This document shows positions 10,904-21,383 of a DNA stretch of 64,000 bases, one piece after another (position 1 is the first letter of the stretch; each line of letters starts with the position of its first letter). The translations under genes and the position numbers were made by a program. This DNA is from an uncultured Gemmatimonadales bacterium (GTDB lineage Bacteria; Gemmatimonadota; Gemmatimonadetes; Gemmatimonadales; Gemmatimonadaceae): the NCBI GenBank assembly GCA_963793305.1, contig CAWBZV010000003.1, positions 384,001-448,000 of the forward strand, in the 5' to 3' direction. The notes under the pieces were generated by a model. That model did no database searches. It saw nothing but the letters and a program-made list of their open reading frames with translations, and was not told the DNA's origin.

Positions 10904-11533
10904 TCAGCGAGTACCGAACAACCGATCACCCGCGTCACCGAGCCCTGGCAGGATGTATCCGTGTGTGTTGAGCTCGCGATCGACCGCCGCGCAGTACACG
11001 TGAACGTCCGGATGCGCTTTGGCGAGGCGCTCGAGACCGAATGGCGCGGCAACGACGCACAGAAACTTGATGCGCGTCGCACCCGCGCGTTTGAGCGAGG
11101 CGACGGCCGAGACGGCGCTGCCACCGGTCGCCAACATCGGATCGAGCAGAAAGAAGTCGCGCGCGGACGCGTCGCCCGGCACGCGAAAGTAGTAGTCGAC
11201 GGGTTCGAGCGTGTCGTGATCGCGATAGAGCCCAATGTGTCCGACGCGCGCGCCTGGGACCAGCCGTAACACGCCTTCGACCATTCCGAGACCCGCGCGG
11301 AGAATCGGCACGAGCACGAGCTTCTTGCCGGAGACCCGCACGCCGCTCGTGCGCTCGAGCGGCGTGTCGACTTCCGTGAGCTCCAGTGGCAAATCGCTCG
11401 TCGCTTCGTAGGCCATCAGCATCGCGATCTCGTCGAGCAGCTCTTTGAAGATCTTGGTCGGCGTGCGCCGATCGCGGAGCAGCGTGACTTTATGTTGGAT
11501 CAGCGGGTGTCGCGCGACCGTGAGGGTGTCCAT
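10904..11533 (-). CDS. upp: Uracil phosphoribosyltransferase
   Basis: [41 protein letters not shown]. Confidence 0.98.
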   Translation of the reverse strand: MDTLTVARHPLIQHKVTLLRDRRTPTKIFKELLDEIAMLMAYEATSDLPLELTEVDTPLERTSGVRVSGKKLVLVPILRAGLGMVEGVLRLVPGARVGHIGLYRDHDTLEPVDYYFRVPGDASARDFFLLDPMLATGGSAVSAVASLKRAGATRIKFLCVVAAPFGLERLAKAHPDVHVYCAAVDRELNTHGYILPGLGDAGDRLFGTR

Positions 11534-11547
11534 TATTCTTTACTCTC

Positions 11548-11745
11548 GTGAAAGAATACCAAGCCGTCATGGTGAAGCTCACGCGATCCACGCGTGAGGA
11601 TGAAGATGCGCTCACCGATCTCTTGAACGAGCGCAGTCGCGGCGGATGGGAGCCCGCGCTCATCGCGCAGAGTGGCGCGCCGGGAGCGCCGGGCGGCGAA
11701 CGACTCACCGTGATCTTCCAGCGCGTGACGGCGGCCGAACGCTAA
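11548..11745 (+). CDS. Small protein, DUF4177-like
   Basis: KEY...LNE..RGGWE...IFQR pattern. Confidence 0.6.
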   Translation: MKEYQAVMVKLTRSTREDEDALTDLLNERSRGGWEPALIAQSGAPGAPGGERLTVIFQRVTAAER

Positions 11746-11770
11746 AAAACCCCGCGCGCGCTGTGTCGAC

Positions 11771-12367
11771 GTGAAGCTCCGACTCGTCGCGGCGATCATC
11801 GCGGGCGTGCTGCTGGCGTGGCTGACGTCGGCCCTGCTGGTCGTCGTCTGGAGCCAACGCAATGCCTCGCGACCGGCCGCCGCGATCGTCGTGCTCGGCG
11901 CCGCGCAATACGTCGGCCGCCCGTCGCCGGTGCTCAAAGCGCGACTGGATCACGCGATCACGCTGTACAAGAATGGGTTGGCGCCCGTGCTCATTGTCAC
12001 AGGTGGCAAGGGTCCGCGCGACACGTTGAGTGAGGCCGAGGCGTCGTTCGCATATGCCGTGAGACAGGGCGTGCCCGACAGTGCCATCGTGGTCGAAGCT
12101 GCTGGCCGCACATCGGATGAGTCGATGCGCGCGGTCGCCGACACGATGCGCGCGCGCGGGATGCGGGATGCCGTTTTGGTGAGCGACCCCTTCCATATGC
12201 TGCGCTTGCAAGTGCTCGCAACACAATTGGGCATCACACCCTATACGTCCCCGACGCAGACCAGTCCCATCTCCGCAAACCGCGAGCTCGTCGCTGAATA
12301 TGTCTTCAGTGAGTCCATTAAGGTGCCATTCACATTATTGAGAGGCGCCGTGAATCAACCTAGGTAG
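11771..12367 (+). CDS. YdcF/SanA (DUF218) family protein
   Basis: N-terminal TM, AIVVLGAA, RLDHA, TGG, VSDPFHMLR. Confidence 0.9.
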   Translation: MKLRLVAAIIAGVLLAWLTSALLVVVWSQRNASRPAAAIVVLGAAQYVGRPSPVLKARLDHAITLYKNGLAPVLIVTGGKGPRDTLSEAEASFAYAVRQGVPDSAIVVEAAGRTSDESMRAVADTMRARGMRDAVLVSDPFHMLRLQVLATQLGITPYTSPTQTSPISANRELVAEYVFSESIKVPFTLLRGAVNQPR

Positions 12368-12591
12368 CACTTGCATTATGCGCCCGTAGGGGCACATTAT
12401 GTGGCGTTCACAATCGGAAGCGCCCGTTGATCTGCCAGCCGGGTGTCGTGCGGAGTAATCCGCGCGGCACCCGTTCAGGTTAAGGGGGGCTCGTTCTGGA
12501 AAACCGATCGTGAGCAACGACCGGGACGTGGATCCGGGCGAGCCTCGGGCAATGGCGGGGCGAGCGCAATAGGATCCTTTCGGAGGTAGCT

Positions 12592-14316
12592 ATGCGGATC
12601 AGCCTCGCGGTACTCAGTGCGAGTGCGCTGCTCGCGGCGACGACGCTCTATGGTCAGGAGCAGGTAGAGACAGTCACGAAGAAGACCGCGGGTCCCACGT
12701 TCACCCCGGTCACCGATGCGATGCTGAAGAACGCACGCACCGACGGGAAGAACTGGCTCATGGTCGGTCGCGACTACACGAACCAACGGTGGTCGCCCCT
12801 CACGCAGATCACCACCGAGAACGTCCACAATCTCCGCGTCAGTTGGATGTACCAGACGGGGATCGGTCGACTCGGCTCATTCGAAACCAGTCCCGTCGTT
12901 GTCGATGGCGTCATGTACGTGACGACGCCGTACTCGACCGCGATGGCGGTCGACGCGCGGACCGGCAAAGAGATCTGGCGGTACGAGCCCAAGCTCGCGA
13001 CCACGATCTTCTGCTGCGGCCCCAACAATCGCGGCGTGGCCGTGTCCGGTCAGACCGTGTACTTCGGCACGTTAGATGCGCGCCTCATCGCCCTCGACGC
13101 GCAGACGGGCAAAGTGAAGTGGAATGTCGAAGTCGCGGATCCCGATGCCGGATACAGCGAGACGCACGCGCCACTCGTGATCGGCGACAAGGTCATCGTC
13201 GGCGTCTCGGGCGGCGAGTACGGCATTCGCGGGTTCGTCCGCGCCTACAATAAGGAGACGGGCGAGGTCGTGTGGACGACCTACACGACTTTCCAGGACA
13301 AGTGGTTCGGGAATTGGTCCGAGAAGACCTGGGAAGGCGACGTCTCGCTCCATCGAAATATCGCGGCCGAAAAGGCCGATTCAGCAAAATTCGCCAATGC
13401 GTGGCAACGCGGTGGCGCCGGCGTGTGGATGAATCCAGCGTACGACGCGGCAACAAATCAGATCTTCGTGGCCAGTGGCAATCCGTCCCCCGATCTCAAT
13501 GGTGGTGTGAGACCGGGGGACGATTTGTGTTCGGACTGCATCATCGCGATGGACGTCTCGGACGGGCACGTCACCTGGTATTACCAGGAAGTCCCGCACG
13601 ATGTCTGGGACCTGGACGCCGTCTCCCCACCGGTTGTCGTGAAACTCCGCGATGGCAAGACCGCGGTGGCACAAGCCGGGAAGACCGCATGGGTCTACAT
13701 CCTTGATGCGAAAACGGGCAAACTCATCCACAAATCGGCTCCGTTCGATCGCCTCGACAACATGTTCGCGCAGCCGACGCCGGAAGGCACGCGGATGCTC
13801 CCCGGCGCCAATGGCGGATCAGAGTGGTCGCCAATGTCGGTGAATCCCACGCTCGGATACTCGTACGTCATGGGTCTCGAGCAGCCCATGCACTACATCA
13901 CGCACTCGTCCCCGCTCACCAAAGGTCAGCTCTGGCTCGGGTCTGCCTTCAAGGCCGTGCCCGGCGAGGCGCAGTATGGGACCTTCACCGCGATCGATCT
14001 CAACACAGGCAAGATCGCGTGGCAGAACAAGACGGATCAGCCGATGATCGGTGGATCGTTGGCGACGGCTGGTGGCCTCGTATTTACTGGCGAGGGCAAC
14101 GGACACTTCAATGCCTTCGATGCGAAGACCGGTAAGCTGCTGTGGCACTTTGTGGCGGGCGCAGGATGCAACGCGCCGCCCGTGAGCTATGAGCTCGATG
14201 GCAAGCAATACGTCGCCGCGGCATGCGGCGGCAACTTCCAGCTCGGCTATCCGCTCGGCGATGCGGTGCTCGTGTTTGCGCTTCCCACGACATCGGCAGC
14301 ACCAGCGGCCAAGTGA
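12592..14316 (+). CDS. Periplasmic PQQ-dependent dehydrogenase with vicinal Cys-Cys and lanthanide-type DxD; substrate unknown
   Basis: Signal peptide, RWSPLTQI, FCCGPNNRG, SGGEYG, SGNPSP, HDVWDLDA, W-motif propeller repeats. Confidence 0.92.
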   Translation: MRISLAVLSASALLAATTLYGQEQVETVTKKTAGPTFTPVTDAMLKNARTDGKNWLMVGRDYTNQRWSPLTQITTENVHNLRVSWMYQTGIGRLGSFETSPVVVDGVMYVTTPYSTAMAVDARTGKEIWRYEPKLATTIFCCGPNNRGVAVSGQTVYFGTLDARLIALDAQTGKVKWNVEVADPDAGYSETHAPLVIGDKVIVGVSGGEYGIRGFVRAYNKETGEVVWTTYTTFQDKWFGNWSEKTWEGDVSLHRNIAAEKADSAKFANAWQRGGAGVWMNPAYDAATNQIFVASGNPSPDLNGGVRPGDDLCSDCIIAMDVSDGHVTWYYQEVPHDVWDLDAVSPPVVVKLRDGKTAVAQAGKTAWVYILDAKTGKLIHKSAPFDRLDNMFAQPTPEGTRMLPGANGGSEWSPMSVNPTLGYSYVMGLEQPMHYITHSSPLTKGQLWLGSAFKAVPGEAQYGTFTAIDLNTGKIAWQNKTDQPMIGGSLATAGGLVFTGEGNGHFNAFDAKTGKLLWHFVAGAGCNAPPVSYELDGKQYVAAACGGNFQLGYPLGDAVLVFALPTTSAAPAAK

Positions 14317-14326
14317 CGACTGGGTT

Positions 14327-14695
14327 ATGCGGTGGATCACGACGGTGGCGTTGGTGGCCGGTACGGTTGGACTCGGGGCTATGGGGGTCCTCGGGCAACC
14401 GACCGTGCCGGCGCCGACACACCTAGGCGGCGCATACTGGAAGCAGTTGAGCGCTGGTGAGAAGCAGGCATACCTGTCTGGATTTCTGGCTGGTGCGGCG
14501 GCGGAACAGGCGCGGGCTGCCGCGACGGCGATCGATACGATGCGTGCACAGGGTACGCTCCGCTATCGGTTTGCTCCACACGTCTACGCCGCGCAGATCG
14601 ATGATTTCTACTGGTGGCAGGACCGCGTCAGCGTGCCGATCGTCGACGCCATGGCGCAAATCAATGGCGCCATGGCCGATCAGCAACGGCGCTAA
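14327..14695 (+). CDS. Small exported hypothetical protein
   Basis: Signal-like N-terminus; W..LS..EK.AY..GF motif; between the dehydrogenase and the porin. Confidence 0.6.
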   Translation: MRWITTVALVAGTVGLGAMGVLGQPTVPAPTHLGGAYWKQLSAGEKQAYLSGFLAGAAAEQARAAATAIDTMRAQGTLRYRFAPHVYAAQIDDFYWWQDRVSVPIVDAMAQINGAMADQQRR

Positions 14696-14723
14696 CGGGT
14701 CACACTTCTCTGAAGGAGAGACA

Positions 14724-16028
14724 ATGAAACGATTCGCTGTGTTGGGTCTGACCGCGCTCCTCGTGCTCGCTGGTACCGCCCGCACCGCCCGCGCACAGCT
14801 GGTCATGCAGATGACGAACGGCTGGAACTTCACGTTCGCCGGGAACGTCAACGCGTTCTACGTCGAGCAGTGGGGCAATGCCAGAGCGGGCAATGCGTCG
14901 ATCAACGGCGGTCTCGTCTCGCAAGGTCAGGGCACCAACGCCAACATCCGCACGGGTCTCTTACCGGCAACAGTCGCGTTCGACGCGAAGGGCAAAGAAG
15001 GCGACGTGCTGATCGACGTGCACTTCGGGTTCTATCCCGAGATTCAGAACGGCGGATGCGGCGCGGGCTGCGTCGGCAACGCCCACGACCAGTTCGGCGC
15101 GCAGATCGACATGCGCCAGGTCTACCTGACATTCAGCAGCAGCTGGGGCCAGATCCTCGCCGGACGCGAGATCGATCTCTACCAGCGCCAGAACATCCTG
15201 ACCGACGCCACGCTGTTCGGCGTCGGCGCAACGGGTGGCAACCTCGCCGCCGGCGGCACGACGCTCGGCCGCATCGGCTTCGGGTACGTCTATCCGAACT
15301 TCAACGCGCAGATCACCTACAGCACGCCGGCCACGAGCCCGCTGCAATGGTCGATCGGCGTGTTCCAACCAGACAACATCGGCGGCGCGCAGACCGCGCC
15401 CGCGCGATCCTACGGCTACACGCCACTCCCGCGCATTGAGACCGAGGTCTCGTATACCGCCAAGCTCGGACAAAACTCGACGGACAAAGCCATGTTGTGG
15501 GCCAGCGGCACATGGCAGCAGGCGCAGGACGCGCCAACCGGGGTCGACACTGTCTCGTCCCCGGGTGATACAGGTGTCGGCGCGACGCACAAAGTGAACG
15601 CCGTCGGCGCCGCGGGTGGCATCAAGCTCGACATCTCGCGTCTGTCCCTCGTCGGCTCCGGCTACTACGGCAGAGGCATCGGCACGGTCCTCGGCTTTGG
15701 CGCCGACGCGCTCGATGGCAACCCCAGCGGTTCGCAGGTACGGCCGTCGTACGGCTATATCGGTCAGGTCTCGCTCAAGATCGATCCGAAGTGGACCGCA
15801 GTGGCGAGCTGGGGCGAGAGCATGGCGTCAGGAACGCACTTCGACGACGTCAGTGGCGCCAATCTGACGCTACTCAAGTACAACGCGCTTGGCGTTGGAT
15901 CGATCGTGTACCAGGCGACCAAGTCGCTCAAGTGGGTCGTCGAGTACGACTACACGGAAGCCGCGAACCAGAGCCACGAAAAGAACGTTGCCAACCAGGC
16001 GGCGACTGGCTTTATGGTGTTCTTCTGA
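14724..16028 (+). CDS. Outer-membrane porin
   Basis: AAGGAG RBS, signal peptide, amphipathic beta strands, C-terminal Phe (GFMVFF). Confidence 0.85.
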   Translation: MKRFAVLGLTALLVLAGTARTARAQLVMQMTNGWNFTFAGNVNAFYVEQWGNARAGNASINGGLVSQGQGTNANIRTGLLPATVAFDAKGKEGDVLIDVHFGFYPEIQNGGCGAGCVGNAHDQFGAQIDMRQVYLTFSSSWGQILAGREIDLYQRQNILTDATLFGVGATGGNLAAGGTTLGRIGFGYVYPNFNAQITYSTPATSPLQWSIGVFQPDNIGGAQTAPARSYGYTPLPRIETEVSYTAKLGQNSTDKAMLWASGTWQQAQDAPTGVDTVSSPGDTGVGATHKVNAVGAAGGIKLDISRLSLVGSGYYGRGIGTVLGFGADALDGNPSGSQVRPSYGYIGQVSLKIDPKWTAVASWGESMASGTHFDDVSGANLTLLKYNALGVGSIVYQATKSLKWVVEYDYTEAANQSHEKNVANQAATGFMVFF

Positions 16029-16155
16029 TCAATTCGAGCGGGGGGAATAGGTGACATGACTAAGTCCGAACGCAGTCCGCCGTCGTAGAACCAGCAGTCG
16101 GCTGGGCACAATTGGAAGCTTTCAACGGGACTCATCTAACACACGGGGCAAGCTC

Positions 16156-17965
16156 ATGAATCAACTCAACCGCCCGATTGCGATCGGTGCGTTGGTCGCC
16201 GGCTCACTGGCGCTGTGTACCGCTACGGCGGTCGCACAGGACCAGTTGGCGGACATGACGAAGGATGCAAACCAGTGGGTGATGACAGGTCGGACGTACG
16301 ACCTGCAGCGCTACAGCCCACTGACGCAGATCAACGCCACGAACGTGGCGCACCTCCACGCCGCGTGGAGCTTCTCGACCGGGACGCTGCGCGGACACGA
16401 GGGCAACCCCCTCGTCATCGGCAGCGTCATGTACCTGCACTCGTCGTTCCCGAACAAGGTCTACGCGCTGGATCTCTCCAAGCCCGGCGCGCCCCAAATC
16501 TGGCAGTACACGCCCGAACAGGACGCCAATGTCATCCCGATCGCCTGCTGCGACGTGGTGAACCGCGGGCTCGCCTATCACCCTTCGGGCAAGCTCTACA
16601 TCGAGCTCCTGCAGGGCGACTTACTCGCCCTCGACGCCAAGACCGGCAAGAAGATCTTCCAGGTCAAGTCGGCCGATTTCCACAAGGGCGAGACGATGAC
16701 CAACGCCCCGCTCGTGGTGAAGAACGTCGTCATCACGGGGATCTCGGGCGGCGAGTTCGGGGTTAGGGGCCGGGTCACGGCCTTCGACGCCATGGACGGC
16801 CACGAGGTGTGGCGCGCCTACTCGACGGGGCCGGATGCCGATGTGAAGATCACGGGCACGCCGAACGCGAACTATCCGTCGATGCAGGGGAAGGACCTGG
16901 GCGTCTCGACGTGGCAGGGCGATGAGTGGCAGCACGGGGGCGGGACGACCTGGGGCTGGTACTCGTATGACCCGAAGCTGAACCTCTTCTACTACGGCTC
17001 GGGCAACCCCGGGACGTGGAACCCCGACCAGCGGCCGGGCGACAACAAGTGGTCGATGACGATCTGGGCCCGCAACCCGGAGACGGGGGAAGTGAAGTGG
17101 GTCTACCAAATGACGCCGCACGACGCGTGGGACTATGACGGCGTCAACGAGATGGTGCTGATCGATACCAAAGACGGGAAGAAGATCCTGACCCACTTCG
17201 ACCGGAACGGGTTCGGCTACACGCTCGATCGGACGAACGGGAAGGTGTTGGTCGCCAACGCGTTCGGGCCGGTGAACTGGGCCAAGTCGATCGATCTGAC
17301 GACGGGTCGCCCGGTCGAGGATGCCAGCGAAGCGGACCACAGCCAAAGGCAACACCGAAGGGATCTGCCCGGCGGCGATCGGGTTCAAGGATCAGCAGCC
17401 GTCGGCGTATAGCCCAAAGACGGGCTGGAACTACGTGCCGACGAACAACATCTGCATGGACTACGAGGGCGTCGAGGTGAAGTACGCGGCGGGTCAGCCG
17501 TATGTCGGCGCGATCGTGCGGATGTTCCCGGGCCCCGGTGGCAATCGTGGGGCGTTCATCGCCTGGGATCCGATGCAGGGGAAGATCATGTGGTCGGATA
17601 AGGAGAACCTGGCCGCCTACGGTGGGGCGCTGGCGACGGCCGGTGATCTCGTCTTCTACGGGACGATGGAAGGGTGGCTCAAGGCCGTCGATCAGAAGAC
17701 GGGCAAGCTCCTGTGGGAGTTCAAGACACCGTCGGGGATTATCGGGAATCCGATGACGTATGTGGGGCCGGACGGCAAGCAGTACGTGGCCGTTCTGTCC
17801 GGCATCGGCGGCTGGGCCGGGATCGGCGTGGCGGCGGGCATTGGCGCCGAAGATCCGACGGCCGGCTTGGGCGCGTTGGGCGCCTTCGGTGACGCCGGAT
17901 CGTTCACGACGCAGGGTGGCGTGTTGACCGTCTTCTCGCTCGACTCGCCGGCAGCAGCGAAGTAA
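16156..17965 (+). CDS. xoxF: Lanthanide-dependent PQQ methanol dehydrogenase, XoxF-like (apparent extra G at 17323)
   Basis: [45 protein letters not shown]-terminal half [25 protein letters not shown]. Confidence 0.92.
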
Positions 17966-17986
17966 TAGAATCTCTTGAAGAGCACG

Positions 17987-18030
17987 CCGGGTGCCGTGGA
18001 GAGCAACTGCTCCGCGGCACCCGGTCTCTT
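17987..18030 (+). terminator. Strong stem-loop after xoxF (attenuator or mRNA stabiliser)
   Basis: CCGGGTGCCGTGGAG / CTCCGCGGCACCCGG arms followed by TCTCTT. Confidence 0.7.
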
Positions 18031-18051
18031 GTCGAGGTGTAGATCGAATAC

Positions 18052-18924
18052 GTGCAGAGACTACTCATAATTGCGGCCTCGCTATCGCTCGCCGCATATA
18101 GCGCTACGACCGGCGTGTGGCGTAGCGCGCAGCTCGTTCCGTCCTCTCTTTCTAGGCTCGAGCGCGAAGCGCGAAGAGCCGAGCAGTTGGGTGTTCTGCG
18201 CGTATGTGCAGACCCGAACGACATGCCGGCGTCGAATGACAAACGTGAGGGTTTCGCGAACAAGATCGCCGAGCTGATGGCGAAAGACCTCGGCGATACG
18301 GTGACCTACGACTGGTGGCCGAGCCGTCGTGGCTATATCCGGAACACGCTGCGCGCCGGAAATTGCAATGTCGTGCTCGATGTCCCGGCGCAATACGAGC
18401 TCATTGCCGCATCAAAGCCCTATTATCGCTCGACGTACGTGATCGTCACCCGACGGGCCGAGCACTTGGCCCTGACGTCGCTGGATGACCCAAGACTCAA
18501 GACGCTGAAAATCGGCGTCAACTCGATCGGCGACAATTACACGCAGACGCCACCGGCGGACGCGATATCGAGTCGCGGGATCAATGCGAACCTGGTCTGG
18601 TTCACGACGTTCTACGACGACGAGCACCAGCCCGGCGACATCGTCAACGCAGTGGCCAAGGGCACCGTAGACGTTGCAGTCGTCTGGGGCCCGCTCGGCG
18701 GCTACTACGCGAAGCACGCGTCGGTGCCGCTCGAGGTGACGATGCTGCCGGACAGCGACGCCCTGACTGGCAAGCAATTCGCATTTGATCAGGCGTTCGG
18801 CGTGCGGCGCAGCGATCGCGAGCTCCTGGCGAAGTTGAACGACGTCATCGATCGTCGCCGCACCGATATCACGGCCATTCTCAATGAGTACGGCGTGCCA
18901 ATTGCCGGCAACGGAACCAGGTAG
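18052..18924 (+). CDS. xoxJ: XoxJ/MxaJ-like periplasmic binding protein
   Basis: LRVCADPNDMP.SN, GFANKIAEL, PYYRSTYV, AVVWGPLGGY; follows xoxF. Confidence 0.9.
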   Translation: MQRLLIIAASLSLAAYSATTGVWRSAQLVPSSLSRLEREARRAEQLGVLRVCADPNDMPASNDKREGFANKIAELMAKDLGDTVTYDWWPSRRGYIRNTLRAGNCNVVLDVPAQYELIAASKPYYRSTYVIVTRRAEHLALTSLDDPRLKTLKIGVNSIGDNYTQTPPADAISSRGINANLVWFTTFYDDEHQPGDIVNAVAKGTVDVAVVWGPLGGYYAKHASVPLEVTMLPDSDALTGKQFAFDQAFGVRRSDRELLAKLNDVIDRRRTDITAILNEYGVPIAGNGTR

Positions 18925-18945
18925 CCCTCGGGGGATATTGAATAC

Positions 18946-19413
18946 ATGAGCTATCGTTCGATTGCGTTACTGGTGTGTGCAGCAGGTGTGATGACGGCGT
19001 CAACTGCATGGGCTCAGACGGCCGTCAAAGACAGCCTCGGCGTCAACAACGTCGTGTACCAGGGCTGGAAGATGTTCGAGGTCTATTGCACCCGCTGCCA
19101 CGGCGAGGACGCGGTCGGCTCGAGCTTCGCGCCGGCACTCAAGCACTCGGTGGGACCCGACGGCAGCATCGACCACAAGGCCTTCTGGTTGACCGTCACG
19201 AACGGCCGACCCGGCAAGGGCATGCCGACCTGGGGCAATCTCCTGTCGCCGGAGCAGAAGGAAGATATCTGGAACTACCTCCGCGCCCGCTGCTGCGGAC
19301 ACCTGGCGCCGGGACGCCCGCACATCATCGCGGGCGCGAGCAAAGACTCGACGGCATTCCCGCCGGCCCAGGGGAACGACACGTTGTTCGTTCCTGCGTT
19401 CGTCAAAAGTTGA
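18946..19413 (+). CDS. Monoheme cytochrome c, probable electron acceptor of the PQQ enzyme(s) (XoxG/PedF counterpart)
   Basis: Signal peptide, CTRCH, distal GMP. Confidence 0.88.
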   Translation: MSYRSIALLVCAAGVMTASTAWAQTAVKDSLGVNNVVYQGWKMFEVYCTRCHGEDAVGSSFAPALKHSVGPDGSIDHKAFWLTVTNGRPGKGMPTWGNLLSPEQKEDIWNYLRARCCGHLAPGRPHIIAGASKDSTAFPPAQGNDTLFVPAFVKS

Positions 19414-19416
19414 TCC

Positions 19417-20139
19417 ATGCGCCGCCTCGCGCTCGTGCTCGCCCTCGCCGCCAAAGCGGTCGCGGCGCAGCCGATGACGCGCGAGGCGGTCGCGCATGCC
19501 ATCGCTGGCGGTAGCGCGGATCATCCCGCGGATCTCTCCGGCCGTGATCTCAGCGGCCTCGATCTCACGGGTCTCAATTTCTCACGCGTGAAGCTCCAGA
19601 ACGCGACGCTGGTGGGCACGAGGTTCACGCGCGACACGATGTTCGCGGCCGATCTCTCCGGCGCGCACGCGCACGGCGCGAACTTCGATGGCGCCGTGCT
19701 CGACGTCGGTGTGTTTCGCGGCACGGATCTCACCCAAGCCTCGTTCCGCGGGGCGAGCGTCTACGCGGTCATCATGATCGGCGCCGATCTCTCGGGCGCC
19801 GACCTCACGGACGCGCGGCTCATCGGGACACTCGTCGACTCCAAGCTCGTTGGGACCAAGCTCGTCGACCTCAAGGGCGGCGCCGACATGCGCAATCAGC
19901 CCATGGGGCTCATGCGCACCGATCTCACCGGCGCGGATCTCTCCGGCGCCGATCTGACCGGCGCCAACCTGCAACACGCTCGACTCGTCCGCACAAACCT
20001 CACGAACGCCACGCTGACTCATGCCGACGTCACGAACGCCAATGTGAACAGCGCTATCTTCCATGGCGCTCGCGGGCGTGATAGCATCATCGGCTGGAAC
20101 AAAGCGCTGAACACCGACCAAGCCATACTGGATCACTAA
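19417..20139 (+). CDS. Exported pentapeptide repeat protein (PQQ-cluster type)
   Basis: ADLSG/ADLTG repeats, GADMRNQPMGLMR, signal peptide. Confidence 0.88.
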   Translation: MRRLALVLALAAKAVAAQPMTREAVAHAIAGGSADHPADLSGRDLSGLDLTGLNFSRVKLQNATLVGTRFTRDTMFAADLSGAHAHGANFDGAVLDVGVFRGTDLTQASFRGASVYAVIMIGADLSGADLTDARLIGTLVDSKLVGTKLVDLKGGADMRNQPMGLMRTDLTGADLSGADLTGANLQHARLVRTNLTNATLTHADVTNANVNSAIFHGARGRDSIIGWNKALNTDQAILDH

Positions 20140-21102
20140 TGAAAGTCTTTGTGTTGATCGCCTTGCTGGCCCCGGCCGTGGCGGGGGCGCAGCGACTCTA
20201 CGCCAGCAACGAGGGCGGAAATTCCGTCACCGACATCGATCTCAAGACCAACACGGTCATAAAGACATTCCCGGTCGGCAATCGACCCCGTGGCATAGCG
20301 TTGAGTCCCGACGGAAAACGAGCCTACGTCACCCTCGGCCGCGACGACGCGCTCGCCGTGATCAACGTCGACAAAGACACGGTGATCGAACGTCATTCCG
20401 GCGAACAAAGACCCTGAGCAAGTCGCGCTCAGCTTCGATGGCAAGGTGGCCTTTGTCTCCAACGAAGACGCCGCTGCCGCCAGCGCGATCGATCTCGCGA
20501 CGAAGAAGATCATCTGGTCGGTCCCGGTCGGCAAAGAACCCGAGGGTGTCACCGTCGCCCCAGGCGGCAACCGTGTCTATATCTCGAACGAGAGCGACAG
20601 CAGCGTCACGGTCCTCGACACGAAAACGGGAAAAGAGCTCACGACTTTCCGGGTCGGCGCCCGCCCGCGGTTCATTGCCTTCGCCCGCGGTGGTGGTCGC
20701 GCATATGTGACCGCCGAAGCAGGTGGGAAGATGACGGTGGTCGACGCACCCGTGAACAGAGTGCTCAAGACCGTCAGCGTCGGCGACAGTACCCGTCCCA
20801 CCGGGATCGCGATCTCGCCGGACAACTCCACCGTCTACTTCGCCAACGGCAAGGCAAATAGAATCACGGTCTTCAGCGCCGCCGCACTCGCCATCACCGA
20901 CACGATCCCGGTCGGCCAGCGCCCCTGGGGCGTCGCGTTGAGTCCCGACGGCAGGACCCTGTATTCCGCCGACGGGAGATCGAATCAGATCTCGGTGATC
21001 GATGTCGTGCACAAGAAAGTCGTGCGCACGTTCCCTGTCGGCGAGCGGCCTTATGCGCCGCTACTGATTCCCGCCGGTCACCCGACAGCGCCCCCGCCCT
21101 GA
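20139..21102 (+). CDS. YVTN-type beta-propeller, PQQ-catabolism-associated (apparent +1 frameshift near 20394)
   Basis: Repeated PVG..P.G.A.SPDG..YV units across two frames. Confidence 0.85.
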
Positions 21103-21106
21103 CCGA

Positions 21107-21382
21107 TCAGGTACGCCGGCAGTCGTTGACGATTGGCGGCGTGTTGTCGCAGGCGATCGACTCGTTCATGCCGTGGGCGATCGTACCGCAGGCCGTCGTG
21201 TGCGCCGAGCGGCTCGCCTCTTTCACGTTCGCGGCCGAGGCGTCGGCGCAATTCTGATTGCCGTGGTAGGCGACGCAGACGTGGCACTGCGCCGCTTGCG
21301 CGGTCATGGTCGACCAGAAGAGATAGCCGAAGAAGGCGAGCGCGATCGCAATGCCGAGCGGGAGACGCAGGGATTTGCGCAT
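21107..21382 (-). CDS. Small membrane-anchored six-Cys protein (91 aa)
   Basis: N-terminal TM, then CHVC...C...C...C...C; starts 2 nt after the upstream stop. Confidence 0.65.
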   Translation of the reverse strand: MRKSLRLPLGIAIALAFFGYLFWSTMTAQAAQCHVCVAYHGNQNCADASAANVKEASRSAHTTACGTIAHGMNESIACDNTPPIVNDCRRT

Positions 21383-21383
21383 G

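Noticed and set aside
16156..17965. Calcium-dependent MxaF, or a xoxF pseudogene
   Set aside because: The WDYDG motif and absence of mxaI and mxaACKL indicate XoxF; the single extra base matches the window-wide error pattern.
19417..20139. Qnr-type quinolone resistance protein
   Set aside because: It has a signal peptide and sits in the xoxF operon, matching PQQ-cluster pentapeptide proteins.
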